A stretch of DNA of 64,000 nt from an uncultured Spirochaetota bacterium (GCA_963734545.1 CAVTHO010000009.1:32001-96000); one strand, 5' to 3'; shown: positions 1 to 9,165, counted from the first letter of the stretch. Notes: generated by a model not told the origin, from the letters alone. A program made the numbers and translations.

Positions 1-276
1 AGCCGGGGATATCCCGAGAGCTCGGAAAAGGGCGCGCTCGTCGAGCCCATCCCTCAACTGCCCGGGGAGCAGTCACTCATATTTCATGCCTCCACCTGCC
101 GCGTCTCGGACGGCACGGTCCGCATCGGAGGCGGCCGGTGCTTCACCGCTGTCGGCCTGGGAGACAACCTGGGCGCGGCCGCGATGAACGCGTACCAGGC
201 GGCTGACAAAATCCGCTTTGAGGGGGGGTGGTTCAGACGCGACATCGGCCGAAAGTTCATGGAGGCGCTGCCGTGA
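1..276 (+). CDS. purD: Phosphoribosylamine--glycine ligase, C-terminal part (5' end outside window)
   Basis: Frame 1 reads SRGYPESSEKG...IFHAST...GGRCFTAVGLG...AYQAADKIRFEGGWFRRDIG, the GARS C-domain signature; stop overlaps the purE start (GTGA). Confidence 0.85.
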   Translation, partial: SRGYPESSEKGALVEPIPQLPGEQSLIFHASTCRVSDGTVRIGGGRCFTAVGLGDNLGAAAMNAYQAADKIRFEGGWFRRDIGRKFMEALP

Positions 277-681
277 AAGATGTCCTCTTTCTGATCGGCT
301 CGGAGTCGGACACGCAGGCGGTGGAGCCGGGGACAAAGCTGCTCGCGGAAAAGGGAATGAGCTTCGAGCTGAAGGTTCTTTCCGCTCACCGCGATCTCGA
401 AGAGCTCATCCTGTTCCTCAAGCAGGAAGAAGCGAACTACCGGATAGTGATAGCCGCTGCCGGTCTCTCGGCCGCGCTCCCGGGCGTTGTGGCCTCCCTC
501 GTGAAGCTGCCCGGTGATCGGTATTCCGCTGGTTGCCGGGTCCCTCTCCGGCATGGATTCGCTCCTTTCCATCCTCCAGCTCCCCCGCGGCGTGCCGGTT
601 GCGACAATGGGCATCGGGAAACAGGGCGTCCTCAACGCGGTGCTCCTTGCGGAAAGGATGCTGCGGATCCCCCGGGGTTGA
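273..681 (+). CDS. purE: AIR carboxylase/N5-CAIR mutase; one +1 frameshift at 508-514 (probable sequencing error)
   Basis: GSESD, SAHR and [14 protein letters not shown] in the first frame; PVIGIP...[23 protein letters not shown]...NA in the shifted frame. Confidence 0.88.
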
Positions 682-683
682 GC

Positions 684-2495
684 TCAGGCGCCCTGGCGCC
701 TCATCAGGAGAACTGCCACCCTGTCGATGAGCCAGCCAAAACCGAGCTCGAGCCATGGGATGGCTCCGAATCTCCTCGGCACATAGACCGCGCGCCGCGG
801 CCTCCTGAGCAGCCCGATAATGGCGTTCGCAACGACTTCAGGCCGGATGGAAAATCCTCCCACCGGAATCGAACGGCCCAGGGAGAGCCGGGACACCGTC
901 TGGTAGAACTCTGTCAGTACCGGACCCGGCCGGACCGCGCTCACGTGGACACCGCTTCCCCGCAGCTCGCGGTGCAGCGCCGTTGTCAGGGTGTCCACGA
1001 AGGACTTCGTGGCCGAGTACAGGGCGGCCCAGGGGCTGGGGAATCCACCGACGATGGAGCTGACATTGATGACATGGCCGTATCCCCTGCCGCGCATGAG
1101 GGGCAGAAAGAGCACGATGAGCTGGGCCATCGCCGCGTTGTTCACCTGGACCATCTGCAGGGCGGTCTCCGAAGGCATGTCGGACGCGTAGCCGTACCAG
1201 CCGAAGCCGGCATTGTTCACGAGCACGTCGATCCCTTCGCCTGTCTCGACGACACGATCGTACACCACGCGCGCGGCCCCGGGCTTTGCGAGGTCCACTG
1301 CCAGGACATCCGCCTGCCCTCCTGCGGACCGTATTTCCTCGGCCAGGCGCGTCAGCCTCTCCTCGCGCCGGGCGACCAGGAGTACGCGGTAGCCCTTTCG
1401 GGCAAGCATGCGCGCCACCAGGGCGCCGATGCCGCTCGATGCGCCGGTGACGACGGCAATCCGCGCCGCACGCGTGCGCGCTTCCCTTGCCGGTGCTGCG
1501 GCGCGTTCCCGACTGGGTTCCCCGTTCGCGGCAAGCCAGTGGATGGTGTCACGCACCGTTTCGATGAAAGGCCTCGGCTGGTAGTCGAGCTCCCGCCGCG
1601 CTTTTTCACCGGAGATGAATGAATTGCTGGCCAGGGTCTCCAGCGCGTAGCGCGTGAAGCTCACCGGCTTTTTCCACAGCTTTGCGTGCCACGTCGCGAG
1701 GGTCGCTCCCGCGAGGGCCAGGGGGAAGGGGACAAGGAGATCGAGACCGGTGCGGGCCGTCAGCTTCCGCACCATGCTGATGAGCTCCGCCACGGAAACA
1801 CGCGCGCCGCGTATGATATAGGTCTCCCCCCGCCTGCCCTTCTGCGCCGCGAGGATCATAGCGCGCGCAACGTCACGCACGTCGACGAAGTCGAAGTGGC
1901 CATTTATCACGACGTGCACCCCCGGCTTCATCCACCTTCGGATCTGGGAGTTCATGGGCGAGCCGCCGTGATGATAGTAGGGACCGATGATGCCCGTGGG
2001 GCAGATGAGCACCGCGTCCAATCCCTTCTCGACTTCGGCAAGAACGGCAAGAGAAGCCTCTGCCTTGGTCTGGTCGTATTCGCCGGCGGCATTGTGCGGG
2101 TCGAAGGGAACGCGCTCGTCGACGGGTGTCCGCCGGGCCGGCCTGCCGAGCGCGTGGATGGAGCTGACGTACACCATCCTGCGCACCCCGCTCTCCCGGG
2201 CAACGCGCGCCACGTGCGACGTGCCCACCACATTGACCTGCCGCATCAGGGCGTTCCTGCCCGGCATGATCGAAATGATGCCGGCAAGGTGATAGACCAC
2301 ATCCACGCCCGCCATTGCGCCGTGAAGCGATTCGCGGTCGAGGATGTTTCCCCTCACGACCTGCAGGGGAAGCCCGTTCAGGCCGGAAATATCGTCATTG
2401 GGCAGCACGAACACTCGAACCCTTTCGCCATTTTCGAGAAGCTCCCTCACGAGAGCGCCCCCCACGTGCCCCGCCGCGCCGGTGACCAGAACCAT
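684..2495 (-). CDS. Fusion of NAD-dependent epimerase/dehydratase (dihydroflavonol reductase-like) and classical SDR oxidoreductase
   Basis: N-domain VTGAAGHVG and YDQTK; C-domain VTGASSGIG, NNAG, YSATK; GGAGG RBS before ATG 2495. Confidence 0.85.
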   Translation of the reverse strand: MVLVTGAAGHVGGALVRELLENGERVRVFVLPNDDISGLNGLPLQVVRGNILDRESLHGAMAGVDVVYHLAGIISIMPGRNALMRQVNVVGTSHVARVARESGVRRMVYVSSIHALGRPARRTPVDERVPFDPHNAAGEYDQTKAEASLAVLAEVEKGLDAVLICPTGIIGPYYHHGGSPMNSQIRRWMKPGVHVVINGHFDFVDVRDVARAMILAAQKGRRGETYIIRGARVSVAELISMVRKLTARTGLDLLVPFPLALAGATLATWHAKLWKKPVSFTRYALETLASNSFISGEKARRELDYQPRPFIETVRDTIHWLAANGEPSRERAAAPAREARTRAARIAVVTGASSGIGALVARMLARKGYRVLLVARREERLTRLAEEIRSAGGQADVLAVDLAKPGAARVVYDRVVETGEGIDVLVNNAGFGWYGYASDMPSETALQMVQVNNAAMAQLIVLFLPLMRGRGYGHVINVSSIVGGFPSPWAALYSATKSFVDTLTTALHRELRGSGVHVSAVRPGPVLTEFYQTVSRLSLGRSIPVGGFSIRPEVVANAIIGLLRRPRRAVYVPRRFGAIPWLELGFGWLIDRVAVLLMRRQGA

Positions 2496-2499
2496 GTTT

Positions 2500-3094
2500 C
2501 TACCTCCCGGATGACAACCCTGCAATCAGGAGCTGGAGCGCATCACGCATGACGAGGTCCCATTTCGCTCCGCCTGGATCCAGCACCCCCTGCACCACTA
2601 TTCCAACGGCCAGGGCGACGAGCGCCTGCCCCGCTGCCTGCGCGTCCACCTGGCGCAGCGAACCCTCGTCGATACCGGTCTGAATGATCTTTGCAAAGAA
2701 ATCGCGATAGCGCCTGTAGGGCGCGATGACCTCCTTCCACACGGCGGGATCGCGGCGCGCCTGCTGCCAGAACTCGAGGAAGAGCGGCACCTTCCCGTCC
2801 GCCGCGGCAAAGACGCCCCGCATCTCCGCGGCCATGGCCAGGAGGCCTTCCGGGCACATTGGAGGAGGCGCTCATGGCCATGCCCATCTCCGTGTCGAGG
2901 CCCTGCAGCCATTCCTGCAACAGCTCGAGGAAAACCGCCTGCTTGCTCGGGAAGTGATGGTAGAAGGCACCCTTGCTCACTTCCGAGGACTCACAGATCT
3001 CGGCTACTCCCGTTGCGTCGTAGCCTTTGTCCGCGAACAGCTTGAGGGCTGACTGGATGATCCTGCCGCGAGTCTCTTCGCTCCGTGTCTGCAT
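2500..3094 (-). CDS. TetR/AcrR family regulator; +1 frameshift at 2850-2856
   Basis: HTH ...LFADKGYDATGVAEIC...VSKGAFYHHFPSK; C-terminal ligand domain continues in ORF 2500..2859. Confidence 0.85.
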
Positions 3095-3111
3095 ATCCGC
3101 CTTTCAAAAAC

Positions 3112-3160
3112 CAGACCGACCGGTCGGTATGAATATAGCGCAAACAAATACTCTTGTAAA
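3112..3160 (-). promoter_or_regulatory. Sigma70-type promoter TTTACA-17-TATATT with a palindromic TetR-type operator ACCGACCGGTCGGT (3115-3128)
   Basis: Read directly; the perfect 14-bp palindrome lies over the predicted start site of tetR. Confidence 0.75.
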
Positions 3161-3184
3161 GAGGTAAGCTCGAAAGATCTGGAG

Positions 3185-3931
3185 CTATTTTCCGGCCAGG
3201 TGGGGAAATTCCTGCTGCCTGCGGGCTTCGAACAGGAGGATACCGGCAGCGACAGATACGTTGAAGGAATCCACGTGGCCGGCAGCGGGGATGCTCACCA
3301 GGAAATCGCACTTCTCCCGCACGAGCCTGTGCATGCCGGTGCCTTCGCTGCCCATGACGATGCAGACCTTGCCTTTGAGATCGACCTTGTCCGTGGTCTC
3401 TCCCGACGCATCCGCGCCGAATATCCAGAACCCGTTTTCCTTCAGGAGCTCGAGGGCGGAGGTGAGGTTCGGAACAACGGCCAGGGGGACATACTCGCTT
3501 GCGCCGGAGGATACCTTGTTCACTGTCTGGCTTTCCTGTGCCGATCGGCGGGACGGGATGATGACCAGCTCTGCCTGGAACTGGTCGGCGGAGCGGAGGA
3601 TCGCCCCGAGATTCTGCGGATCCGTGATGCCGTCCAGGACCAGCACGAGCGCCTTTTCTCCGGTCAAGGCTTTCAGGTGATGTTTCAGGCTGCTTTTCTG
3701 CGAAGAGGGAGCCCTCTCCAGCACCAGCAACGCGCCGCGATGCGCATCCGATCCGCACAGGCGAGTGAGCTCATCCTCCGCCACCTCGGAGACGGGCACG
3801 CCCTTCTTCTCGGCAAGCGCGCGGATCTGACTGAGACGCGAGTTCTCCCGTGAAAGGAACAGTGTACCGCCCCCTACTCCTTTGCGCAGTGTCTCTTCGA
3901 TCGAATGGAATCCGAATATGTGCTCCGCCAA
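3185..3931 (-). CDS. rlmB: 23S rRNA (Gm2251) methyltransferase RlmB, TrmH/SpoU family
   Basis: LDGITDPQNLGAILRS, MGSEGTG, SFNVSVAAGI SPOUT motifs. Confidence 0.9.
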   Translation of the reverse strand: MAEHIFGFHSIEETLRKGVGGGTLFLSRENSRLSQIRALAEKKGVPVSEVAEDELTRLCGSDAHRGALLVLERAPSSQKSSLKHHLKALTGEKALVLVLDGITDPQNLGAILRSADQFQAELVIIPSRRSAQESQTVNKVSSGASEYVPLAVVPNLTSALELLKENGFWIFGADASGETTDKVDLKGKVCIVMGSEGTGMHRLVREKCDFLVSIPAAGHVDSFNVSVAAGILLFEARRQQEFPHLAGK

Positions 3932-3934
3932 TCG

Positions 3935-4360
3935 TCACTTCCCCCCGAAGTCGCGCACCACATCGGGCTTGCCGTCGCCATCCATGTCGCGCTCGTACCG
4001 CTGGACGTACGTGCCGTCCAGAAGGTACACGATGATGTCGATCCTGCCGTCGAAGTGGGTGTCGAGCTCCTCGCGCTGCAGGACCCCGTCTTTGTAATAG
4101 TAGAAAGTGTCCATTTTCCCGTCGAAGTTGAAGTCCAGCTCCTCGCGGGCGACCTTTCCTTTTGCGTCATAGTATACCCTGTAATCGTTGACGCCGTCTG
4201 CGTTCCTGTCGAGCTCTATGAACCCGTTAGGAGCGCCCTGGGGGAGGAGCGGCGCAGGGGCGGGGGGCACCGCAGCGCTTCCGGAGGCAGCCTTGTCCAG
4301 AGCGGACAGGCCGGCGGCCGCAAGCAGGCAGAGAAGGACCAGGGGAATGGCTTTCGTCAT
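3935..4360 (-). CDS. Secreted hypothetical protein with four Dx[DN]xDG-like repeats
   Basis: Signal peptide, then DRNADGVND, DFNFDGKMD, DTHFDGRID, DMDGDGKPD at ~23-aa spacing. Confidence 0.7.
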   Translation of the reverse strand: MTKAIPLVLLCLLAAAGLSALDKAASGSAAVPPAPAPLLPQGAPNGFIELDRNADGVNDYRVYYDAKGKVAREELDFNFDGKMDTFYYYKDGVLQREELDTHFDGRIDIIVYLLDGTYVQRYERDMDGDGKPDVVRDFGGK

Positions 4361-4403
4361 GCTTCCCCATCGACACGGAAGCTCTTAATATTGAAACGAA
4401 CGG

Positions 4404-5264
4404 CTATTCCTTTCGGAAAACCAGCACGTTCTGGTGTATCAGCGACGGAATGTAGGAGTACTGGTAGCCGTAGAGATGCAGCTTTTTCGACACATCGTAC
4501 CAGACGATGTTCGCCTTCCACGCCAGCCGGGGGAGGGAAGAAAGAACCGCGGCAAGCTCCGCGGAAAGGCAGTGATAGCGATTCTCGCGATACATGTCCC
4601 CGATGAACGTCACCAGGTAGCCGTTCGGCTTCAGCAGATCCGAGGCCAGCGCAAAAATCTCGCGCATCCGTTCCAGCCATTCAGTCTTCGAGGCGTACGG
4701 GACTCCATGGAAAGGCGACAGCTTGCTCGCCCGCGCGGGCCGCGCCCGCTCCCCCACCCGCTTGAAAGATCCGCGCGATCTCGCGGCGGTGTCCATCTTC
4801 CAGTACGGCACGTCGGTGAGGATACAGTCGAAGCACCTGCCCGCCAGGCCGCGCAGCGCGTCCCGCGCGTCCCCCTGCAGGGTTTCCTGCCGGGCCATGC
4901 CCTCCCGCTCGCACACCTCGTGATAGACTTCGATCCATTCGGGGTTGAGCTCCACGCCGAGGGCCTTTCGACCGCAGAGCGTGGCGCCCAGCAGGACCCC
5001 GCCGACGCCCATGAACGGATCCAGCACGCTCTGGCCCGACTTGGTGAACGCGCGCAGGAGGTCCGCGCAGAGCTCCGGCGGCTTCTGGCCGCCGTGCCGG
5101 CTGCGGAGCGCGTGCTGCAGGTTGGGAGGATAGGGCTTGGTGATCACCGACCGTGTCCAGAACACCCATTCCCGACCGGTGAGGTCGTTGACCCTGTTGT
5201 CTTCAGAATAAAAGCCGCGTGACTCTCCATTCGCGTCGAGAAGCTCTTTCTTGCTTCGCCGCAT
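4404..5264 (-). CDS. SAM-dependent DNA amino-methyltransferase (N4-C/N6-A), permuted motif order
   Basis: HGGQKP...VLDPFMGVGG (motifs X/I) precede DCILTDVPY (motif IV) and LLKPNG. Confidence 0.75.
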   Translation of the reverse strand: MRRSKKELLDANGESRGFYSEDNRVNDLTGREWVFWTRSVITKPYPPNLQHALRSRHGGQKPPELCADLLRAFTKSGQSVLDPFMGVGGVLLGATLCGRKALGVELNPEWIEVYHEVCEREGMARQETLQGDARDALRGLAGRCFDCILTDVPYWKMDTAARSRGSFKRVGERARPARASKLSPFHGVPYASKTEWLERMREIFALASDLLKPNGYLVTFIGDMYRENRYHCLSAELAAVLSSLPRLAWKANIVWYDVSKKLHLYGYQYSYIPSLIHQNVLVFRKE

Positions 5265-5270
5265 CGTGCC

Positions 5271-6293
5271 CTACCGACCTGTCGCCATGTGAAACAGATA
5301 CTCGATGACGCTGCGCCGCACCGAAACGCCTGCGCCGTTTCCGAAGACGGGATAGGGGATTTCCATTACCCGGGTTTCACCCCGGGATGAAAGAATGGCG
5401 AGGATTTCCTCCCGGGAGAGGATGCCCTCAGAGCTGTACGAGAGAAAGACGTGCGCCGCGCGCGTTCCCGCAACGAGCTGCCGGAGAGCCTCGGCCGCGT
5501 GCGCCCTCCGGGAAAATGGACTCCGCAGCATCGCCCTGTCGAACTTGCGCGTCTTTCCGTACAAGGGCGGCTTCTCCCAGCGGGCGAGGTTTTCCAGCAC
5601 GTGGTAGTTGTCGCAGTACTGCCTGCCGTTGTAGGGAGGGTCGTAGTAGGCCACATCCGCCGCCATGACAGGCGCGAGCCTCACCATGTCACCTTCGACC
5701 ACCTCGAGGTCGATGCCGGGGAAGGGCTCGAGCGGCCGCAGGAGAAAAGGCGTCCCGACTCTCTCGTCCACGAGGTGCCTTCCGCCGATCCTGTTCTCCG
5801 CTCCGATGTTCTTGAGAAATGCATCGTACTGGCCGAGGGTGTTCGCGACCCTGTCCGCCGCGAGCAGGAAGCTGGACAGCAGCGCATCCTGCTCCCCTTC
5901 GGTTATCTCCCCGCCTGCGCGCCTGCGCGCGATCTCCTCCCGAATGGCGTCCATGCGGCCGCAGTTTTCCGCGGTGAAGTACGTGCCCGCATAGCTCGCC
6001 GAAATGTAGCCCGACAGGGACGGGAGCGCATTGAGCTGCTCCACCAGGGCGGGAATCCGGCGGCTCGTCTCCTGGAACCCGCGCAGTATGACGCAGTTCG
6101 ATCTCAGCATGTCCACGGCAACGACGTGGACGGCTCCCCGGGCTGCCATGGTCAGCCCTATCGCCCCGGTACCGCAGAATCCGTCAATGAATGTGCGGGG
6201 AGCTCCGACACTGCTCCAGATGCGGTCCACGATCCACTGCCTCAGGAGCCTCTTGGAGCCGAGATACTTGCGGGTGTAGGGGAGAAGGGGTGC
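5271..6293 (-). CDS. D12-class (FokI/NlaIII-like) adenine-specific DNA methyltransferase; start codon not resolved
   Basis: KYLGSK, FIDGFCGTG, YYDPPYNGRQYCDNYHVLENL, FLSYS. No ATG/GTG/TTG close to the conserved N-terminus. Confidence 0.8.
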   Translation of the reverse strand, partial: APLLPYTRKYLGSKRLLRQWIVDRIWSSVGAPRTFIDGFCGTGAIGLTMAARGAVHVVAVDMLRSNCVILRGFQETSRRIPALVEQLNALPSLSGYISASYAGTYFTAENCGRMDAIREEIARRRAGGEITEGEQDALLSSFLLAADRVANTLGQYDAFLKNIGAENRIGGRHLVDERVGTPFLLRPLEPFPGIDLEVVEGDMVRLAPVMAADVAYYDPPYNGRQYCDNYHVLENLARWEKPPLYGKTRKFDRAMLRSPFSRRAHAAEALRQLVAGTRAAHVFLSYSSEGILSREEILAILSSRGETRVMEIPYPVFGNGAGVSVRRSVIEYLFHMATGR

Positions 6294-6294
6294 T

Positions 6295-6714
6295 TCAGCC
6301 CTTTCGCGAATCGTCGATGCGCTCAATGAGCTCGTTGACCCTTTCCGCGAGGTCGGGGAATGCGTCCCGTTTGCGCGTGCGCACCCGCACCCCCTTCTCG
6401 CCCGCGAGCACCCGTTCGATGTCGACCTCGATCCGGTAGACCGGTCCGGCGATCCTGTGTGTCGCAAGAATTCCCACGACGATGAAAAGGAGCATGATTG
6501 CCAGGTCGTTGAGCAGCAACGGAGGAAGGATCACCAGAAGGAGCTCGGCCCGGGCTGCGCCTCCCGCCGCGTGTGCCAGCAGGTAATAGAGCGCCGTGCC
6601 GGCGGCGAAAACGAGCAATCCGGCAAGGACGATCGCCAAAGAGAAGGCGATCGTGCCATACTGGAATCTCCCGTCGATGACCTTGATCCGTCGCACGTTC
6701 CTGTTGCCTTCCAT
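6295..6714 (-). CDS. Small two-TM membrane protein with HAMP-like C-terminus
   Basis: Two hydrophobic helices then THRIAGPVYRI...RKRD...LAERVNELI. Confidence 0.7.
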   Translation of the reverse strand: MEGNRNVRRIKVIDGRFQYGTIAFSLAIVLAGLLVFAAGTALYYLLAHAAGGAARAELLLVILPPLLLNDLAIMLLFIVVGILATHRIAGPVYRIEVDIERVLAGEKGVRVRTRKRDAFPDLAERVNELIERIDDSRKG

Positions 6715-6723
6715 GAAATTGCC

Positions 6724-7809
6724 TCAGCCTTCGTACGTGCGCGCGCGCGTTTCGCCCAGGAGCACGTCACGCGCACCCATGGCGAGCGCCTCGAGCTCGT
6801 TTTCACCGGGGAATTGAAGAATCGGGGCGAGGAATGAGACGCGCAGGGAGATCTCCCGAACGACGCGCGGCGAGAATGCCAGGCCACCGGTGAGAACAAT
6901 TGCGTCGAGCCTGCCGCTGGTGAAGGCGGCAAGCGCGGCGATGGATTTCGCGATCTGGTAGCAGAGCGCGCGGATCAGCTCATCACTGAGCCGCGCGTCG
7001 AGCTCTCCGTTGCCCTCCGCGGACCGCTCGATGAGAGTGAACTCGTTGGTGCCGAGGTAGGCGACAAGCCCCCCTTTGCCCGCCAGCATGAGCTGGAGAG
7101 CCAGCGGGTCGTGCTGGTGGGACAGGATCCAGCGCATCCAGTCCCCCGCGGGCACCGTGCCTGCCCGCTCGATGGCAAAGGGTCCCTCGCCGTCCAGGGC
7201 GTTGTTCACGTCCACCACCCTGCCGTTGATGTGGATGCCGACGGAGATGCCTCCGCCCATGTGGGCGACGATCATCGCACATTCCGCGTAGGACTTGCCG
7301 ATGCTGCGTGCGGCCATTCTCGCCGTGGCTTTCTGGTTCAGGGCATGGAAAATGGAGCGGCGGGGAATTTCCGGAATTCCCGTGTAGCGGGCCAGCGGAT
7401 CCAGCTCGTCCACCACGACAGGGTCCACGATGAATGCCCGGACGCCGATTTCCGAGGCGAGAGAATCCGCAAGAAGCGCGCCGAGATTCGAGGCATGAAT
7501 ACCGTACTTGCAGGAAGCGAGATCCGACTTCATGCGTTCGTTGACTTCGTACACTCCGCCTTCCATGGGCTTGAGCAGTCCGCCCCTGCCGACAATGGCC
7601 GAGATGTCGGCGAACGGTATCCCCGCTTCCCTGATTCCCTCACGGACCGCCGTGCTTCTCATTTCCAGTTGATCGGTGATTCTGCGGTGCCGGGCGAGGT
7701 CCTCGGGCCTGTGAGTGACGCCTTTCTTCCACACCTCCGCGGTGTCATTGTAGATGGCGCACTTGGTGGAGGTGGACCCGGGATTGATGGCAAGAATCGT
7801 GAAGCTCAT
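6724..7809 (-). CDS. buk: Butyrate kinase
   Basis: ILAINPGSTSTK, GRGGLLKP, HASNLG, VDPVVVDE, FHALNQKA, HMGGGISVG. Confidence 0.95.
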   Translation of the reverse strand: MSFTILAINPGSTSTKCAIYNDTAEVWKKGVTHRPEDLARHRRITDQLEMRSTAVREGIREAGIPFADISAIVGRGGLLKPMEGGVYEVNERMKSDLASCKYGIHASNLGALLADSLASEIGVRAFIVDPVVVDELDPLARYTGIPEIPRRSIFHALNQKATARMAARSIGKSYAECAMIVAHMGGGISVGIHINGRVVDVNNALDGEGPFAIERAGTVPAGDWMRWILSHQHDPLALQLMLAGKGGLVAYLGTNEFTLIERSAEGNGELDARLSDELIRALCYQIAKSIAALAAFTSGRLDAIVLTGGLAFSPRVVREISLRVSFLAPILQFPGENELEALAMGARDVLLGETRARTYEG

Positions 7810-7817
7810 CCACGGCA

Positions 7818-7847
7818 ATACTACCAGCGGGACGGAGCAGGTTTCAA
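7818..7847 (-). promoter_or_regulatory. Candidate promoter TTGAAA-18-(TGG)TAGTAT, 8 nt before the buk ATG
   Basis: Read directly; no SD between -10 and ATG. Confidence 0.5.
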
Positions 7848-7861
7848 GGTCGGGCGAGACG

Positions 7862-7992
7862 GCAAATGCCACGGTGTACCGTGGCCGCAAATGCCACGGT
7901 GTACCGTGGCCGCAAAATGCCACGGTGTACCGTGGCCGCAAAATGCCACGGTGTACCGTGGCCGCAAAATGCCACGGTGTACCGTGGCCGCA
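7862..7992. repeat. Tandem array of 5 identical 18-bp hairpins GCCACGG-TGTA-CCGTGGC, period 26 (first 25); TACN-hairpin family
   Basis: Hairpins start at 7868, 7893, 7919, 7945, 7971, linked by CGCAAA(A)T; no unique spacers. Confidence 0.95.
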
Positions 7993-8077
7993 GTGATGAA
8001 TTTCAGCTCCCCGCGTGTTATATTGGTAGGCAAAAGCGACAGTCAATCCCGGTGGCGGGAATCGAGGAGGATATCAG

Positions 8078-8683
8078 ATGAAGAAGCTATTGATGCCGCT
8101 GACGGTGGTCGCGCTGCTGGCGCTGGCTGTCCCCGCGGCGTTCGCGGAGTGGGAACTGGGAATCGGGCTCACGCCCATCCAGGACACGACGTCAGCCGAC
8201 CCGAGAGCAGTCGACGGGATCCTCAATTTTCACGTCGGGTACAGCTGGTCGATCCTCTATGCGACCTGGGACGCATTTGCCATGCCCAACTACTGGGTGT
8301 ACAACGCAACATCATTCGTCGATCCGGTCCACGGATCGTATTACCCGGGCGCCGACGTGCCCGGATTCCTGAACCTGTTCGACGTGGGCATCAAGATCTA
8401 CCTGCGTCCCTTCATAGGGTATGCAGAAATCGGAACAAACATGCTCTATCTGTACGGCGGCCAGATCTACAAAGATCCGTACGGCAACCTGGGCGTGGGT
8501 GTCAATGGCCGGTTGGGTGCGGGAGTCAGGTTCGGAATGTGGGGAGTGAACATCTCGGGCACCCAGGTGTTTGCCTCGTGGTATGACCTGAGGGCGGCCC
8601 TCGACCAGGCCTTCCATCACGGGAACACCGCCGAGTTGACGGCCGGCAGCGTACTGAGCCTCAACTTCACGCTCTACTTCTGA
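8078..8683 (+). CDS. Probable outer-membrane beta-barrel protein
   Basis: AFA signal peptide, alternating aromatic/Gly strands, C-terminal LNFTLYF; GAGGAGG RBS. Confidence 0.7.
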   Translation: MKKLLMPLTVVALLALAVPAAFAEWELGIGLTPIQDTTSADPRAVDGILNFHVGYSWSILYATWDAFAMPNYWVYNATSFVDPVHGSYYPGADVPGFLNLFDVGIKIYLRPFIGYAEIGTNMLYLYGGQIYKDPYGNLGVGVNGRLGAGVRFGMWGVNISGTQVFASWYDLRAALDQAFHHGNTAELTAGSVLSLNFTLYF

Positions 8684-8699
8684 CAAGGGAGGACAGAAC

Positions 8700-9110
8700 A
8701 TGAAAATACGAAAAATACTGCCCTTGCTGCTGCTGGCATTCGGCTCGGTATTCCTGCTGTCGAGCTGCGACGCACTGCTGGACGCAATATTCTCCAACAA
8801 CAACATCAACGTGTATGTTTCGTCATATATACCGAACCGCGGCTTTTACCCGGGATATGACACCATGACCGTCGTTCTGACCGGACCTTACTCGGCATCC
8901 GTGTCGACCCGCTATGAAGGAGACGATGGTCTTTACATGTACTGGTCGATCTCGATCCCGAAGCTTGCCGACGGCAGCTACAGCGTATATGTAGTCTACA
9001 ATCACCCGTATGGAATAAACACCGGGACCTGGTTTTCTTCTACCGATTTCATTTCCTTCCCCATGAGCTCCGGCAGTCCTCACAACGTGAACTTGAGCTT
9101 CGATTTCTAA
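8700..9110 (+). CDS. Hypothetical lipoprotein
   Basis: Basic N-terminus, hydrophobic core, LLSS-C lipobox; GGAGG RBS. Confidence 0.7.
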   Translation: MKIRKILPLLLLAFGSVFLLSSCDALLDAIFSNNNINVYVSSYIPNRGFYPGYDTMTVVLTGPYSASVSTRYEGDDGLYMYWSISIPKLADGSYSVYVVYNHPYGINTGTWFSSTDFISFPMSSGSPHNVNLSFDF

Positions 9111-9137
9111 GATTCTCTTTCCGAAGGCTGTATGAGC

Positions 9138-9165
9138 AGCGCCCCTTCACGGGGCGCTTTTTTTT
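9138..9165 (+). terminator. Rho-independent terminator
   Basis: AGCGCCCC-TTCAC-GGGGCGCT followed by a T run, downstream of the lipoprotein gene. Confidence 0.85.

Noticed and set aside
7862-7992. CRISPR array
   Set aside because: Palindromic repeats are separated only by a constant 7-8 nt linker; no unique spacers and no cas genes. The same applies to the other arrays.
7810-8046. N-terminal extensions of buk, rpsK, rpsJ, rny and the histidine kinase as given in the ORF track
   Set aside because: Better starts with an SD or promoter lie at the conserved N-termini; the upstream frames merely run through intergenic sequence or repeats.
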